Positions 1 to 9,744 of a stretch of 62,421 nucleotides of DNA are shown here, piece by piece. Where the stretch lies: contig CAZRVL010000005.1 in assembly GCA_964603455.1 (NCBI GenBank), positions 1 through 62,421 of the forward strand, written 5' to 3'. The number at the start of each line of letters is the position of its first letter. The first letter of the stretch is position 1. The DNA is from an uncultured Lachnospiraceae bacterium (lineage in GTDB: Bacteria > Bacillota > Clostridia > Oscillospirales > CAG-272). The position numbers were made by a program, and so were the translations under genes. The notes under the pieces are model-generated. The model did no database searches. It saw nothing but the letters and a program-made list of their open reading frames with translations, and was not told where the DNA came from.

Positions 1-122
1 GTATGTTCCTTCGCATTGCCGTCACCGGAAAGGCAAGCTCGCCCGATATGTACGAGGTCATGAGGATACTCGGACGCGAAAAGGTAGTCGCGCGCATCAA
101 GGCTTATATCGAAAAAAACTGA
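1..122 (+). CDS. gltX: Glutamate--tRNA ligase, 3' end (partial)
   Basis: Frame from nt 3 reads MFLRIAVTGKASSPDMYEVMRILGREKVVARIKAYIEKN*, the typical GluRS anticodon-domain C-terminus. It lies directly upstream of glnS. Confidence 0.85.
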   Translation, partial: MFLRIAVTGKASSPDMYEVMRILGREKVVARIKAYIEKN

Positions 123-164
123 AAACAGCTCCCAAACGGAGCGGAAGGGAATGGTCATTAACAA

Positions 165-1811
165 ATGATAGAAGCATCAAACTTCATTGAGGAATTTATA
201 AACGAGGACATCGCCGAGGGTAAGACCGAAACCGTACACACGCGCTTCCCGCCCGAACCGAACGGCTATCTGCACATCGGTCACTGCAAGGCACTGGTCA
301 TAGACTTCGGAACCGCGAAAAAGTACAACGGTCTCTGCAATCTCCGCATGGACGATACCAACCCCGCCAAGGAGGACACCGAATATGTCGATGCCATAAA
401 GGAGGACATCCACTGGCTCGGCTTTGACTGGGACGACCGCTTCTTCTACGGCTCGGACTATTTCGAAAAGGACTACGAATATGCCGTCGAGCTCATCAAA
501 AAGGGACTCGCATATGTCTGTGAGCTGACCCCCGACCAGATGGAGGAATACCGCGGAGACCTCACTCACCCGGCAAAATCCCCGTGGCGTGACCGTCCGA
601 TCGAGGAGAGTCTCGAACTTTTCGAGAGAATGAAAAACGGCGAATTTCCCGATGGAAAGTATTCGCTGCGCGCAAAGATCGATCTCGAATCGGGCAACTT
701 CTGGATGCGTGACCCGGTAATTTATCGTATAAAGCACATCGAGCATCATCGTCAGGGCAATAAATGGTGCATATACCCGACCTACGACTTCGCTCATCCG
801 ATACAGGACGCTCTCGAGGGGATAACCCACTCGCTCTGCTCGCTTGAATTTGAGATACACCGTCCGCTCTACAACTGGGTTATCGAGAATGTCAGCGTTC
901 CGCACAAGCCGCGTCAGATCGAATTTGCCCGCCTCAAGATTTCGAACACCGTGCTTTCAAAGCGTTTCCTTCGCTCGATGGTCGAGAGCGGAAAGGTCGA
1001 TGGCTGGGATGACCCAAGAATGCCCACTCTCTGCGGACTCAGAAGACGCGGCTACACCGGCTCGTCCATCGTTGATTTTATAACCAAGTGCGGAGTTTCG
1101 AAGGCGGACAGCCTTGTCGATATCCGTATGCTCGAAGCGTGCATACGCGATGAGCTCAATGACATAGCAGAGCGCAGAGTTGCGGTACTCGATCCGATAA
1201 AGGTTATAGTCGATAACTTCGAGGAGGGACGCGAGGAATTCTTCGAGCTTCCGAACCATCCGCAGCACCCCGAAATGGGCAGCCGCAAGGTAAAGTTCAC
1301 ACGTGAGCTTTATATCGATGCCGAGGACTTTGCCGAGGTACCGCCTCCCAAGTTCTTCAGAATGAAGCCGGACGGTGAGGTCAGACTCATGGGTGCATAC
1401 ATCGTCAAGTGCGGCGATATCGTTAAAAATGCCGACGGAAGCATCAAGGAGATACACGTCACCGCCGACCTTGAGTCGGGCTGCGGAAATCCGATCGACG
1501 GACGCAAAATAAAGGGAACGATCCACTGGCTCTCAGCCTCCGACTGCATCGATGCCGATGTCATCCTCTATGAGAATATGCTCACGCTCGAGGACTCCTC
1601 AAAGCTCCCCGAGGGCAAGGAATACACCGATTACCTCAATCCCGAATCGGCAAAGACTCTCCGCGCAAAGCTCGAGCCGTCTCTCAAGACCGCAAAGCCG
1701 GGTGAAAAATTCCAGTTCGTCCGCACCGGCTACTTCTGCATGGACAGCAAGAAGCCCAACACCTTCAACCGCACAGTAACTCTCAAGGACAGCTTCAAAC
1801 CTACAAAATAA
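165..1811 (+). CDS. glnS: Glutamine--tRNA ligase
   Basis: TRFPPEPNGYLHIGH (HIGH motif), RMDDTNP, HSLCSLEF, DGWDDPRMPT, FNRTVTLKD. Confidence 0.97.
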   Translation: MIEASNFIEEFINEDIAEGKTETVHTRFPPEPNGYLHIGHCKALVIDFGTAKKYNGLCNLRMDDTNPAKEDTEYVDAIKEDIHWLGFDWDDRFFYGSDYFEKDYEYAVELIKKGLAYVCELTPDQMEEYRGDLTHPAKSPWRDRPIEESLELFERMKNGEFPDGKYSLRAKIDLESGNFWMRDPVIYRIKHIEHHRQGNKWCIYPTYDFAHPIQDALEGITHSLCSLEFEIHRPLYNWVIENVSVPHKPRQIEFARLKISNTVLSKRFLRSMVESGKVDGWDDPRMPTLCGLRRRGYTGSSIVDFITKCGVSKADSLVDIRMLEACIRDELNDIAERRVAVLDPIKVIVDNFEEGREEFFELPNHPQHPEMGSRKVKFTRELYIDAEDFAEVPPPKFFRMKPDGEVRLMGAYIVKCGDIVKNADGSIKEIHVTADLESGCGNPIDGRKIKGTIHWLSASDCIDADVILYENMLTLEDSSKLPEGKEYTDYLNPESAKTLRAKLEPSLKTAKPGEKFQFVRTGYFCMDSKKPNTFNRTVTLKDSFKPTK

Positions 1812-1820
1812 ATTTTCAAG

Positions 1821-1857
1821 AAAGGCGTTTTCCACAAATCTTTGTAAAACGCCTTTT
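1821..1857 (+). terminator. Hairpin / probable leaky intrinsic terminator between glnS and dnaE
   Basis: AAAGGCGTTTT...AAAACGCCTTT inverted repeat with a short T run. Confidence 0.55.
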
Positions 1858-1884
1858 CGCAGATATTGACCGAAAGGAGCAAGC

Positions 1885-4800
1885 ATGGATTTTGTACATC
1901 TTCATCTTCACAGCGAATACAGTCTGCTTGACGGTGCATGCAGAATATCCGAGATACCAAAGCGTGCAAAGGAATGCGGACATACCGCCTGTGCCATAAC
2001 CGATCACGGTGTGATGTACGGCGCAGTTCAGTTTTACGAAGCCTGTAAAAAAGAAGGAATAAAACCGATAATCGGATGCGAGGTATATCTTGCAAAGCGC
2101 ACCAGATTCGACAAAGACCACGCGGAGGACATACAAAGCTATCATTTGATACTTTTGTGCATGAATGATGTAGGCTACAGAAATCTCATCTACATGGTCA
2201 CAAGATCCTTCACGGAAGGCTTTTATTCAAAGCCGAGAATAGACATGGAGCTGCTTTCGGAGCATTCTGAGGGACTTATCGCCTTATCTGCCTGCCTTGC
2301 CGGATATATTCCGCGTGCTATACAGGCAGGTGACTACGAACGTGCGCGTGAACACGCTTTAAAGATGCGTGAGCTGTTTGGCGAGAACTACTATCTTGAA
2401 CTTCAGGATCACGGTATAGATGAACAAAAACGTGTAAACGCTTCAATAATCAAGCTGTCGCGTGAGCTTAAGATACCTCTCGTTGCAACAAATGATGCAC
2501 ATTATTTGAGAAGACAGGATGCCGATAATCAGGCTGTACTTCTTTGCATTCAGACCGGAAATGTCATATCAGATGGCAGACCGATAGGCTTTGAGACCGA
2601 TGAATTTTACTATAAGACCACAGAGGAAATGCACCGTCTGTTCGGCTATCTCGACAACGAGGAGCTTGGAAGCCCGATAGAAAACACGGCAAAAATAGCT
2701 GAAAAGTGCAATTTCGATTTCGACTTTTCAAAGCTGTATCTTCCGGCATTTAAGCCGGATGACAACTCAGAGCCTACGGAATTTCTCAAAAAACTCGCAT
2801 ACGAAGGCTTCCGAAAGCGCATAGAATCGAACAGGATAGACTTCTCGCTTCACAGCGAGAGCGAATATCGGGAACGCATAGACTATGAGCTTTCGGTCAT
2901 AATAAAAATGGGATATGCCGAATATTTCCTCATCGTACAGGATTTTGTCGGATGGGCAAAGTCAAACGGCATTCCGGTAGGACCCGGACGAGGCTCAGGT
3001 GCCGGAAGTCTTGTAGCATTCCTGATAGGTATAACTGATATAGATCCGTTAAAATTCAATCTGCTCTTTGAGCGTTTCCTGAATCCCGAAAGAGTCAGTA
3101 TGCCGGATTTTGATATAGATTTCTGCTATGACAGGCGCGATGAGGTAATAGAATATGTCAGACGGCGTTACGGAGAAGATCATGTCGCACAGATAATAAC
3201 CTTCGGAACTATGGCGGCAAGAGTTGCCGTGCGAGATGTCGGGCGTGCGCTCGGAATGAGCTATAATGAAGTCGATATTGTGGCAAAGTGCATTCCGCGT
3301 GAAATGGATATGACCTTGAAGGCGGCACTCGATGTCAGCAAGGAGCTTCGTTCAATGTACGATTCGGACGAACGGATAAAGCGACTCATCGACACCTCAA
3401 TAGCACTCGAAGGTATGCCGCGTCACTCATCGACGCATGCCGCAGGAGTAGTCATAACCGACCGTCCCGTGAGTGAATATGTACCGCTGTCGGTAAACGG
3501 AAATATCCCCGTGACTCAGTTCGACATGGATACCGTGGCAAAGCTCGGACTTTTGAAATTCGATTTTCTTGCTCTGCGCTACCTTACGATAATATCCGAC
3601 ACCGAGCGTCAGATCCGCGAAAGCGAGCCGGATTTTTCGGTCGATTCGATGCCGCTTGATGACAAAAAAGCATATAATCTAATATCAGCCGGAAACACCG
3701 ATGGAATATTTCAGCTCGAATCGGGCGGAATGCGTCAGATGCTCACAAATTTGAAGCCTGACAGCATAGAAGATGTCATCGCCGCAATATCGCTCTATCG
3801 CCCCGGACCTATGGACTCTATCCCAAGGTTCATTGAGAACAGAAAAGATCCGTCAAAAATAGTCTATGAAACGCCCTTGATCGCTCCGATACTTAACGTT
3901 ACATACGGCTGTATGGTATATCAGGAGCAGGTCATGCAGGTATGCAGGACTGTGGCGGGCTATTCGCTCGGACGTGCAGATCTTGTAAGGCGCATGATGG
4001 CAAAGAAAAAGACCTCCGAAATGGAAAAGGAACGGACTGTGTTCGTAAAGGGTGCAGCTGAAAACGGCATATCGGAAATCTCGGCAAACAAATTATTCGA
4101 TCAAATGTCGAGCTTTGCCAGCTACGCATTTAATAAGAGCCATGCGGCGGCTTATGCGGTATTGGCATATAGAACGGCTTATCTCAAAAGCCACTATCCA
4201 TGCGAATATTTGGCAGCTTTAATGACATCGGTCATGGGCAATGCCTCAAAAACGGCAGAATATGTCGCTGAATGCGCAAGATACCGTATACGCATACTCC
4301 CACCCGACATCAACGAGAGCGCACCGTATTTTCATGCTTACAGAAACGAAAACGAGCAGTATATCAGATTCGGCTTCTTAGCTCTGAAAAATCTCGGCTC
4401 TGGCTTTGCAGACCACATAATTGAAGAACGCAAAAAGCAAAAATTCCGTTCCTTCGAGGATTTTATCGAGCGTATGTATTCGCGTGAGATGAATAAGCGT
4501 CAGATCGAGGCTTTGATAAAATCCGGCGCATTCGACAGTCTGGGAACTTACCGAAGTCAGCTGCTCTTGACCTATGAATCGATAATCGATCATTACCAGG
4601 AGCGAAGCCGAACGAATATAGTCGGACAGATGGATCTGTTTTCACAGCTCGATACCGAAGAACGTCCGGACACCTTCAAATATCCGGACATTCCCGAATT
4701 ATCCTTCCGCGAAAAGCTCAAAGCCGAAAAGGAATGCTCCGGTCTCTGCTTCTCCGGTCAGCTGCTCGATGATTACTCAGAAAATATCAAAAAGCTTGCT

Positions 4801-5526
4801 CCGACTCCGATAGCCGATATACTAAAGGCATTTTCTGATGAAAATGATGAAGTCGGCAGCTTCTCGGACAAGCAGGACATTACCATCTGCGGAACTTTGT
4901 CACATAAGCAGTTAAAGATGACAAAAAACAATTCTCAAATGGCTTTTATCACGCTCGAAGACAACTTTGCCGAGATCGAGGTAGTGGTATTTTCAAAGCT
5001 GCTCGAAAAATGTTCTGTATATCTGACAAACGATTCGGCTCTGTGTATCGCAGGACAGCTTTCGATACGCGAAGACGAAGCTCCGAAGCTGCTCGCAAGC
5101 AATATAACCCCTCTCACCGACAATGAAAAATTCAATAAAGCATCGGAACAGCTTCAAAACAAGCCTACACCGACTGTAAAAACAAGATTTCATGTCGGAG
5201 GAAGCTCTGCTTATGATCTTCCAAGCTGCTACACAGCACCACCGCCAAATATACCGCAGACACCGATACCGCCTTTCCAACTTCCACAGCAAAATGTTCC
5301 GCACAAGATATATCTCAGAGTTGAAAAGGTCGATGAAAGCGACCGGAAATTCAAGAAAGCACTCAATCTTGTAAATATATTCTGTGACGGTCTGTGCGAA
5401 ATAATCTTCTATGACAAATCGACCAAAGAATACATAAAGCTGAACGGCATAAAGCTGATGGCATCTGAATTTGTCACAAGAGAACTCTCCGATATACTCG
5501 GAGAGGAGAATGTGGTTTTGAAGTAG
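1885..5526 (+). CDS. dnaE: DNA polymerase III alpha subunit
   Basis: PHP domain HLHLHSEYSLLDG, GPGRGSGAGS, MPDFDIDF, YAFNKSH and an OB fold. SD GAAAGGAG upstream. Confidence 0.97.
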   Translation: MDFVHLHLHSEYSLLDGACRISEIPKRAKECGHTACAITDHGVMYGAVQFYEACKKEGIKPIIGCEVYLAKRTRFDKDHAEDIQSYHLILLCMNDVGYRNLIYMVTRSFTEGFYSKPRIDMELLSEHSEGLIALSACLAGYIPRAIQAGDYERAREHALKMRELFGENYYLELQDHGIDEQKRVNASIIKLSRELKIPLVATNDAHYLRRQDADNQAVLLCIQTGNVISDGRPIGFETDEFYYKTTEEMHRLFGYLDNEELGSPIENTAKIAEKCNFDFDFSKLYLPAFKPDDNSEPTEFLKKLAYEGFRKRIESNRIDFSLHSESEYRERIDYELSVIIKMGYAEYFLIVQDFVGWAKSNGIPVGPGRGSGAGSLVAFLIGITDIDPLKFNLLFERFLNPERVSMPDFDIDFCYDRRDEVIEYVRRRYGEDHVAQIITFGTMAARVAVRDVGRALGMSYNEVDIVAKCIPREMDMTLKAALDVSKELRSMYDSDERIKRLIDTSIALEGMPRHSSTHAAGVVITDRPVSEYVPLSVNGNIPVTQFDMDTVAKLGLLKFDFLALRYLTIISDTERQIRESEPDFSVDSMPLDDKKAYNLISAGNTDGIFQLESGGMRQMLTNLKPDSIEDVIAAISLYRPGPMDSIPRFIENRKDPSKIVYETPLIAPILNVTYGCMVYQEQVMQVCRTVAGYSLGRADLVRRMMAKKKTSEMEKERTVFVKGAAENGISEISANKLFDQMSSFASYAFNKSHAAAYAVLAYRTAYLKSHYPCEYLAALMTSVMGNASKTAEYVAECARYRIRILPPDINESAPYFHAYRNENEQYIRFGFLALKNLGSGFADHIIEERKKQKFRSFEDFIERMYSREMNKRQIEALIKSGAFDSLGTYRSQLLLTYESIIDHYQERSRTNIVGQMDLFSQLDTEERPDTFKYPDIPELSFREKLKAEKECSGLCFSGQLLDDYSENIKKLAPTPIADILKAFSDENDEVGSFSDKQDITICGTLSHKQLKMTKNNSQMAFITLEDNFAEIEVVVFSKLLEKCSVYLTNDSALCIAGQLSIREDEAPKLLASNITPLTDNEKFNKASEQLQNKPTPTVKTRFHVGGSSAYDLPSCYTAPPPNIPQTPIPPFQLPQQNVPHKIYLRVEKVDESDRKFKKALNLVNIFCDGLCEIIFYDKSTKEYIKLNGIKLMASEFVTRELSDILGEENVVLK

Positions 5527-5601
5527 GCAGCCTTTATCTATGGTGACAGACATCTTATGCCGCAAGGTTTCCATTTTGTGCGAAAGGGATCGATCATACC
5601 A

Positions 5602-6270
5602 ATGAAAAAAAATAAAATTTCCAAATCCGAATACGGTGGGATAATTGCGTTTTCAAGGCTGTTCGCACCGATATTCAAGGCACTCTATTACATTTTTATC
5701 GGCGGCTTGCTGCTTTGTGCTATAATCGCTCTGATAATATTTCTCGTTAACACAAGCGTTGAAGATATGCTGCTCCCGCCACTGATGAGCCAACATTCAA
5801 ATGAGTTCTATTCAATAACCATCGGAAACGGAATACGCATAGATGCACCGTATGCTTCGGTCACCCTTTCAGATATAAAGACAGTCATATATGCCGAGCT
5901 TATAATGGTCGCCGCGGTATGCTGCATGATGTCACCTGTATCGCTGTTTTTGTCAAAGCTTATGACCAGCATATCCGAGGGAGATCCGTATCGCAAAAAG
6001 AACGGTCGCTATGGAATATACATCGGACTATCTGTCATGGTCGGATATACCTTCGTTCTGTTTGCTCGGAGATTCTACAACTATCTTCTCGTCAAGACCT
6101 TTGTCTCGGACAGCGATGCGATACATCTCTCACTCGGTATAGATCTCGGTGGCATACTCGTCGGACTTCTCATAATATTTCTGGGGAATCTCATAGGTCA
6201 CGCTGCCGAAAAGCGTTCAGGCGAAATGGCTGTTGAAATAAGAAACAGTGACACTCCCGAAAAAATGTAA
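5602..6270 (+). CDS. Membrane protein, DUF2975-like
   Basis: About 4 hydrophobic segments with 'SISEGDPY..KN' between TM2 and TM3. Start moved to ATG 5602 behind SD GAAAGGGA. Confidence 0.55.
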   Translation: MKKNKISKSEYGGIIAFSRLFAPIFKALYYIFIGGLLLCAIIALIIFLVNTSVEDMLLPPLMSQHSNEFYSITIGNGIRIDAPYASVTLSDIKTVIYAELIMVAAVCCMMSPVSLFLSKLMTSISEGDPYRKKNGRYGIYIGLSVMVGYTFVLFARRFYNYLLVKTFVSDSDAIHLSLGIDLGGILVGLLIIFLGNLIGHAAEKRSGEMAVEIRNSDTPEKM

Positions 6271-6396
6271 ACTTTTTTCGGTTTTATCCGAGTTTTCTCA
6301 AAATTCATGAAATACTCAATTTAATAAGCTATAATTGAGATGGAACAAAATATACGTTTTCTGCGTCAAACATATAGTGAGAGGTGATTTACCAAA

Positions 6397-9045
6397 TTGA
6401 ACAGAAACAACAGCAAACGTCCGCAAAACAAAGTCAATTGGTCGCACGAAGCCGCCGGTGCAGGTAGGCTTGCAGGAAAGGTAGTCGCTCGGATATTCTC
6501 ATATATCCTGAACATATTACTCACCATACTGCTAATCTGCTTTATAACCGGAATAATCGTCGGCACGGTATTTGCGGTCTACATCAAAAACAACATTGAC
6601 CCCGATGTCGATCTCTCTCAGTTCAGTATCTCAAACACCAATCAGACCTCGCGAATGTATTATATGAGCTATGATTCGCTCGAAGACCGCCAAAATCGCA
6701 CAGGTATCGAAATAGAGCTTGAAGATCAGCGTCTGTACGGCTCAGACAACAGTATTTGGGTATCATACACTAAGATTCCCGATGATCTTGTGAATGCATT
6801 CATCGCAGTCGAGGACAAGCGTTTCTGGAGTCATAACGGAGTTGACTGGAAATCCACAATATATTCGGTCGTAAACTATTTTATTCCCTTGGGTTCTAAC
6901 CGCGGAGGTTCGACTATCACACAGCAGACGATAAAGAACGTAACGGGAGACAACAGCTATACTCCGCAGCGTAAGGTGCAAGAGATACTTCGTGCGCTGA
7001 ATCTTGAAAAGAAGCTGGATAAGACTCAAATACTTGAGATATATCTGAACAATATATATCTTTCGCAAAACTGCTACGGAGTCCAGGCTGCCGCCTACAC
7101 ATACTTCAACAAGGATGTCAGTGAGCTGACTCTGATAGAATGCGCAGCTATTGCAACTATAACCAACTCTCCGACAAAATATGACCCTGTTCAGAATCCC
7201 GAAAATCAGGCAAAGCGTCGCAATACGATACTCACGCTTATGCTCGAACAGGGATATATCACTCAGTCTGAATTTGATGAAGCCTTTGAAAAGGAGCTTG
7301 TTCTCGATTACCAGGGACGCGCAAGAGATGTTTCGGTCACGACAAACTCATGGTACACCGACCAGGTGATAGTTGAAGTTGTCGATGCACTTCAGGAAAA
7401 GTTCGGATATACCGCAAAACAGGCATACAATTATCTCTATACCGGCGGACTTCATATCATAACGCTTCAAGACCCCGAGCTTCAGACCATGCTTGAAAAT
7501 GTTTATACAGATGAGAGCAGCTTCCCGAAGACCAATAATGCAGTTCAGCCACAGTCTTCTTCGGTCATAATCGATCCACAGACAGGTGACGTTGTTGCCT
7601 TGGTCGGCGCACGCGGAGAGAAAAACGCAAACCTCATACTGAATTACGCAACAGGAACTACACGTTCGCCCGGTTCATCTATAAAACCGCTTTCCATATA
7701 TGCACCGGCTCTCGAATACGGTGTCATAAACTATGGTTCGGTATATGACGATGTTCCGGTATGGTACAACTATAAGGACAGCGATACCGAAAAAGAAAAT
7801 CCGATACCCTACCCTAAAAACCTTCCGGAACGCTACAACGGTCTGACTACCGTAAACGATGCCGTGACGCGCTCGGTAAACACAGTTGCACTTCGAATAT
7901 TGCAGGATCTTACTCTTGACAAATCATTTGATTTTGTCCGCAATAAACTTAATATGGGCAGCTTCATAGAAGCCGGTGAATACAACGGTACGGGAATAAC
8001 CGATAAGGACTATGCACCGTTGGCTCTCGGAGCTATGAACTTTGGTGTCACAACACTCGAAATGACCGCAAGCTATCAGATATTCGCAAACGGCGGTGTA
8101 TATAATAAGCCACGCACATGGCTTTATATCAAAGACAGCGAAGGCAATATCGTTCTTGAAAATGAAGCCGAAAGTCATGTCGTAATAAGCGAACAGACAG
8201 CTTCGATAATGACCAAAATGCTCGAAAATGTCGTAAATAAGGGTACTGCCACAGCCTGTACGCTCAGAAATCAGATAAATGTTGCAGGTAAGACAGGTAC
8301 TACATCAAGCGACTTTGACAGATGGTTCGTTGGCTATACACCGTATTACGTATGTGGCATATGGTTCGGATACGAAATGCCGCAGGAGATCGGAACGCTC
8401 GCATGGAATCCGACAGTTGTCGGATGGGACATCATAATGAAAAAGGCTCATCAGGAAATACTCGCGAATGTTCAGAGCGGCAAAGAAACACTTAAGACCT
8501 TTGAAGTCGCCGATGGAGTGATAACCGCGACCTATTGTAAGGATTCCGGAAAACTCATGTCTGCGGCATGCTACGCAGATCCGAGAGGCAGTCGTGCAGA
8601 GGTCGGATATTTCACCGCTTCGACTATTCCAAGTGAATACTGTGATATTCACATAATGGTCGATTACGATGCCGTTACAGGCGGTATAGCTACAGAGAAC
8701 TGCCCGAAGGGAAATGTAAAGCAGGTCGGACTCTTAAACTGGAGCAGAACACTTCCGCTATCAATAAAGATAACCGACTCGCAGTACACATGGCGCGAGG
8801 TATATGAAAGCACGCCGATGCCTGAGGACAATGATACGCCGTTCTATATGGGGCTTTACAGCTCGGGAGAATATCCCGGCTACAGCGACACAGGAGGAAA
8901 GCGCGTATATAACAGCTACTGCTATGAACACGCTCATACCCCCGAGCCCGAACCTGAGCCTATCGAAGACACAACAGACATCTCGGATATGCCAGAGGAT
9001 ACCGATTCGGAAACCTCAACTCAGCCAGAAGACGTTGCCGCATAA
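6397..9045 (+). CDS. Class A penicillin-binding protein (PBP1A, transglycosylase/transpeptidase)
   Basis: GT51 motifs EDKRFWSHNGVD, GGSTITQQ, RKVQE, YLN. Transpeptidase motifs SSIK, SVN, KTG. N-terminal TM helix. TTG start with SD GAGGTGA. Confidence 0.93.
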   Translation: MNRNNSKRPQNKVNWSHEAAGAGRLAGKVVARIFSYILNILLTILLICFITGIIVGTVFAVYIKNNIDPDVDLSQFSISNTNQTSRMYYMSYDSLEDRQNRTGIEIELEDQRLYGSDNSIWVSYTKIPDDLVNAFIAVEDKRFWSHNGVDWKSTIYSVVNYFIPLGSNRGGSTITQQTIKNVTGDNSYTPQRKVQEILRALNLEKKLDKTQILEIYLNNIYLSQNCYGVQAAAYTYFNKDVSELTLIECAAIATITNSPTKYDPVQNPENQAKRRNTILTLMLEQGYITQSEFDEAFEKELVLDYQGRARDVSVTTNSWYTDQVIVEVVDALQEKFGYTAKQAYNYLYTGGLHIITLQDPELQTMLENVYTDESSFPKTNNAVQPQSSSVIIDPQTGDVVALVGARGEKNANLILNYATGTTRSPGSSIKPLSIYAPALEYGVINYGSVYDDVPVWYNYKDSDTEKENPIPYPKNLPERYNGLTTVNDAVTRSVNTVALRILQDLTLDKSFDFVRNKLNMGSFIEAGEYNGTGITDKDYAPLALGAMNFGVTTLEMTASYQIFANGGVYNKPRTWLYIKDSEGNIVLENEAESHVVISEQTASIMTKMLENVVNKGTATACTLRNQINVAGKTGTTSSDFDRWFVGYTPYYVCGIWFGYEMPQEIGTLAWNPTVVGWDIIMKKAHQEILANVQSGKETLKTFEVADGVITATYCKDSGKLMSAACYADPRGSRAEVGYFTASTIPSEYCDIHIMVDYDAVTGGIATENCPKGNVKQVGLLNWSRTLPLSIKITDSQYTWREVYESTPMPEDNDTPFYMGLYSSGEYPGYSDTGGKRVYNSYCYEHAHTPEPEPEPIEDTTDISDMPEDTDSETSTQPEDVAA

Positions 9046-9086
9046 TTTTTCAGATCACCTCATACAATCAGTATGAGGTGATTTTT

Positions 9087-9620
9087 ATGTCTTGTAAGGG
9101 CTGTATAGGTCTAACAACGCGCATACGTGCGGAGCTTTCGCGTATAGACCTCAGATGTGTTATTATCGGTGCAGGCATTACTTTGCTCACAGGCTTCGTA
9201 AGTGCGCTCATAAGCCGTTCTCCGGGCTTCAGGCTCGTGTTCAGGATGCTCGAAAAGCCACCTGCTTCTCCGCCTTCATTCATGTTTCCGATCGTTTGGA
9301 CGATATTGTATCTTTTGATCGGCGGAGCTGCCGGAGCAGTCGTATGTTCAAAAGAAAGAGCGTTATGCGGAGAAAAATGGCGCGGATTACTTTTTTATAT
9401 CATAATGCTGATATTCAATTTCATTTGGTCTCCACTTTTTTTCGGGATCGGTGCATTTTTTGCAGCCTTCATCGCGATAATCATAATGATAATAACAACA
9501 CTTCTCACAATATCTGCATTTTCGCGGATATATTTTCTCAGCGCGGCGGCTATGATCTTATATCTCATATGGTTGGTATTTGCCGCATATTTAAATCTCG
9601 GGATCATCGTACTGAATTGA
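9087..9620 (+). CDS. tspO: TspO/MBR tryptophan-rich sensory protein
   Basis: LEKPPASPPSFMFPIVWTILY, NFIWSPLFF, YLIWLVFAAYLN. Start ATG 9087 after GAGGTGA. Confidence 0.88.
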   Translation: MSCKGCIGLTTRIRAELSRIDLRCVIIGAGITLLTGFVSALISRSPGFRLVFRMLEKPPASPPSFMFPIVWTILYLLIGGAAGAVVCSKERALCGEKWRGLLFYIIMLIFNFIWSPLFFGIGAFFAAFIAIIIMIITTLLTISAFSRIYFLSAAAMILYLIWLVFAAYLNLGIIVLN

Positions 9621-9744
9621 TATTTTTGCAAATATCAAAACTTTTATCTGCCATAATGCACAAATTTGCAGTTTCGATTTGTGCAAACTACACAACCAAT
9701 TGTAAATAAATTGAAAAGTCAAGCAAAAAAATATCGGAATCATC

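Noticed and set aside
177-905. Long antisense ORFs (e.g. 177-905, 21355-22197, 43084-43896, 59046-59780, 60951-61790)
   Set aside because: They are shadows of conserved genes on the opposite strand, with no RBS and no recognisable motifs. Codon bias in the real gene explains the lack of stops.
1-1811. gltX/glnS look more GC-rich than dnaE, suggesting horizontal transfer
   Set aside because: A sampled stretch of proS shows similar enrichment, so expression-linked codon bias is the simpler explanation. There are no mobility signatures.
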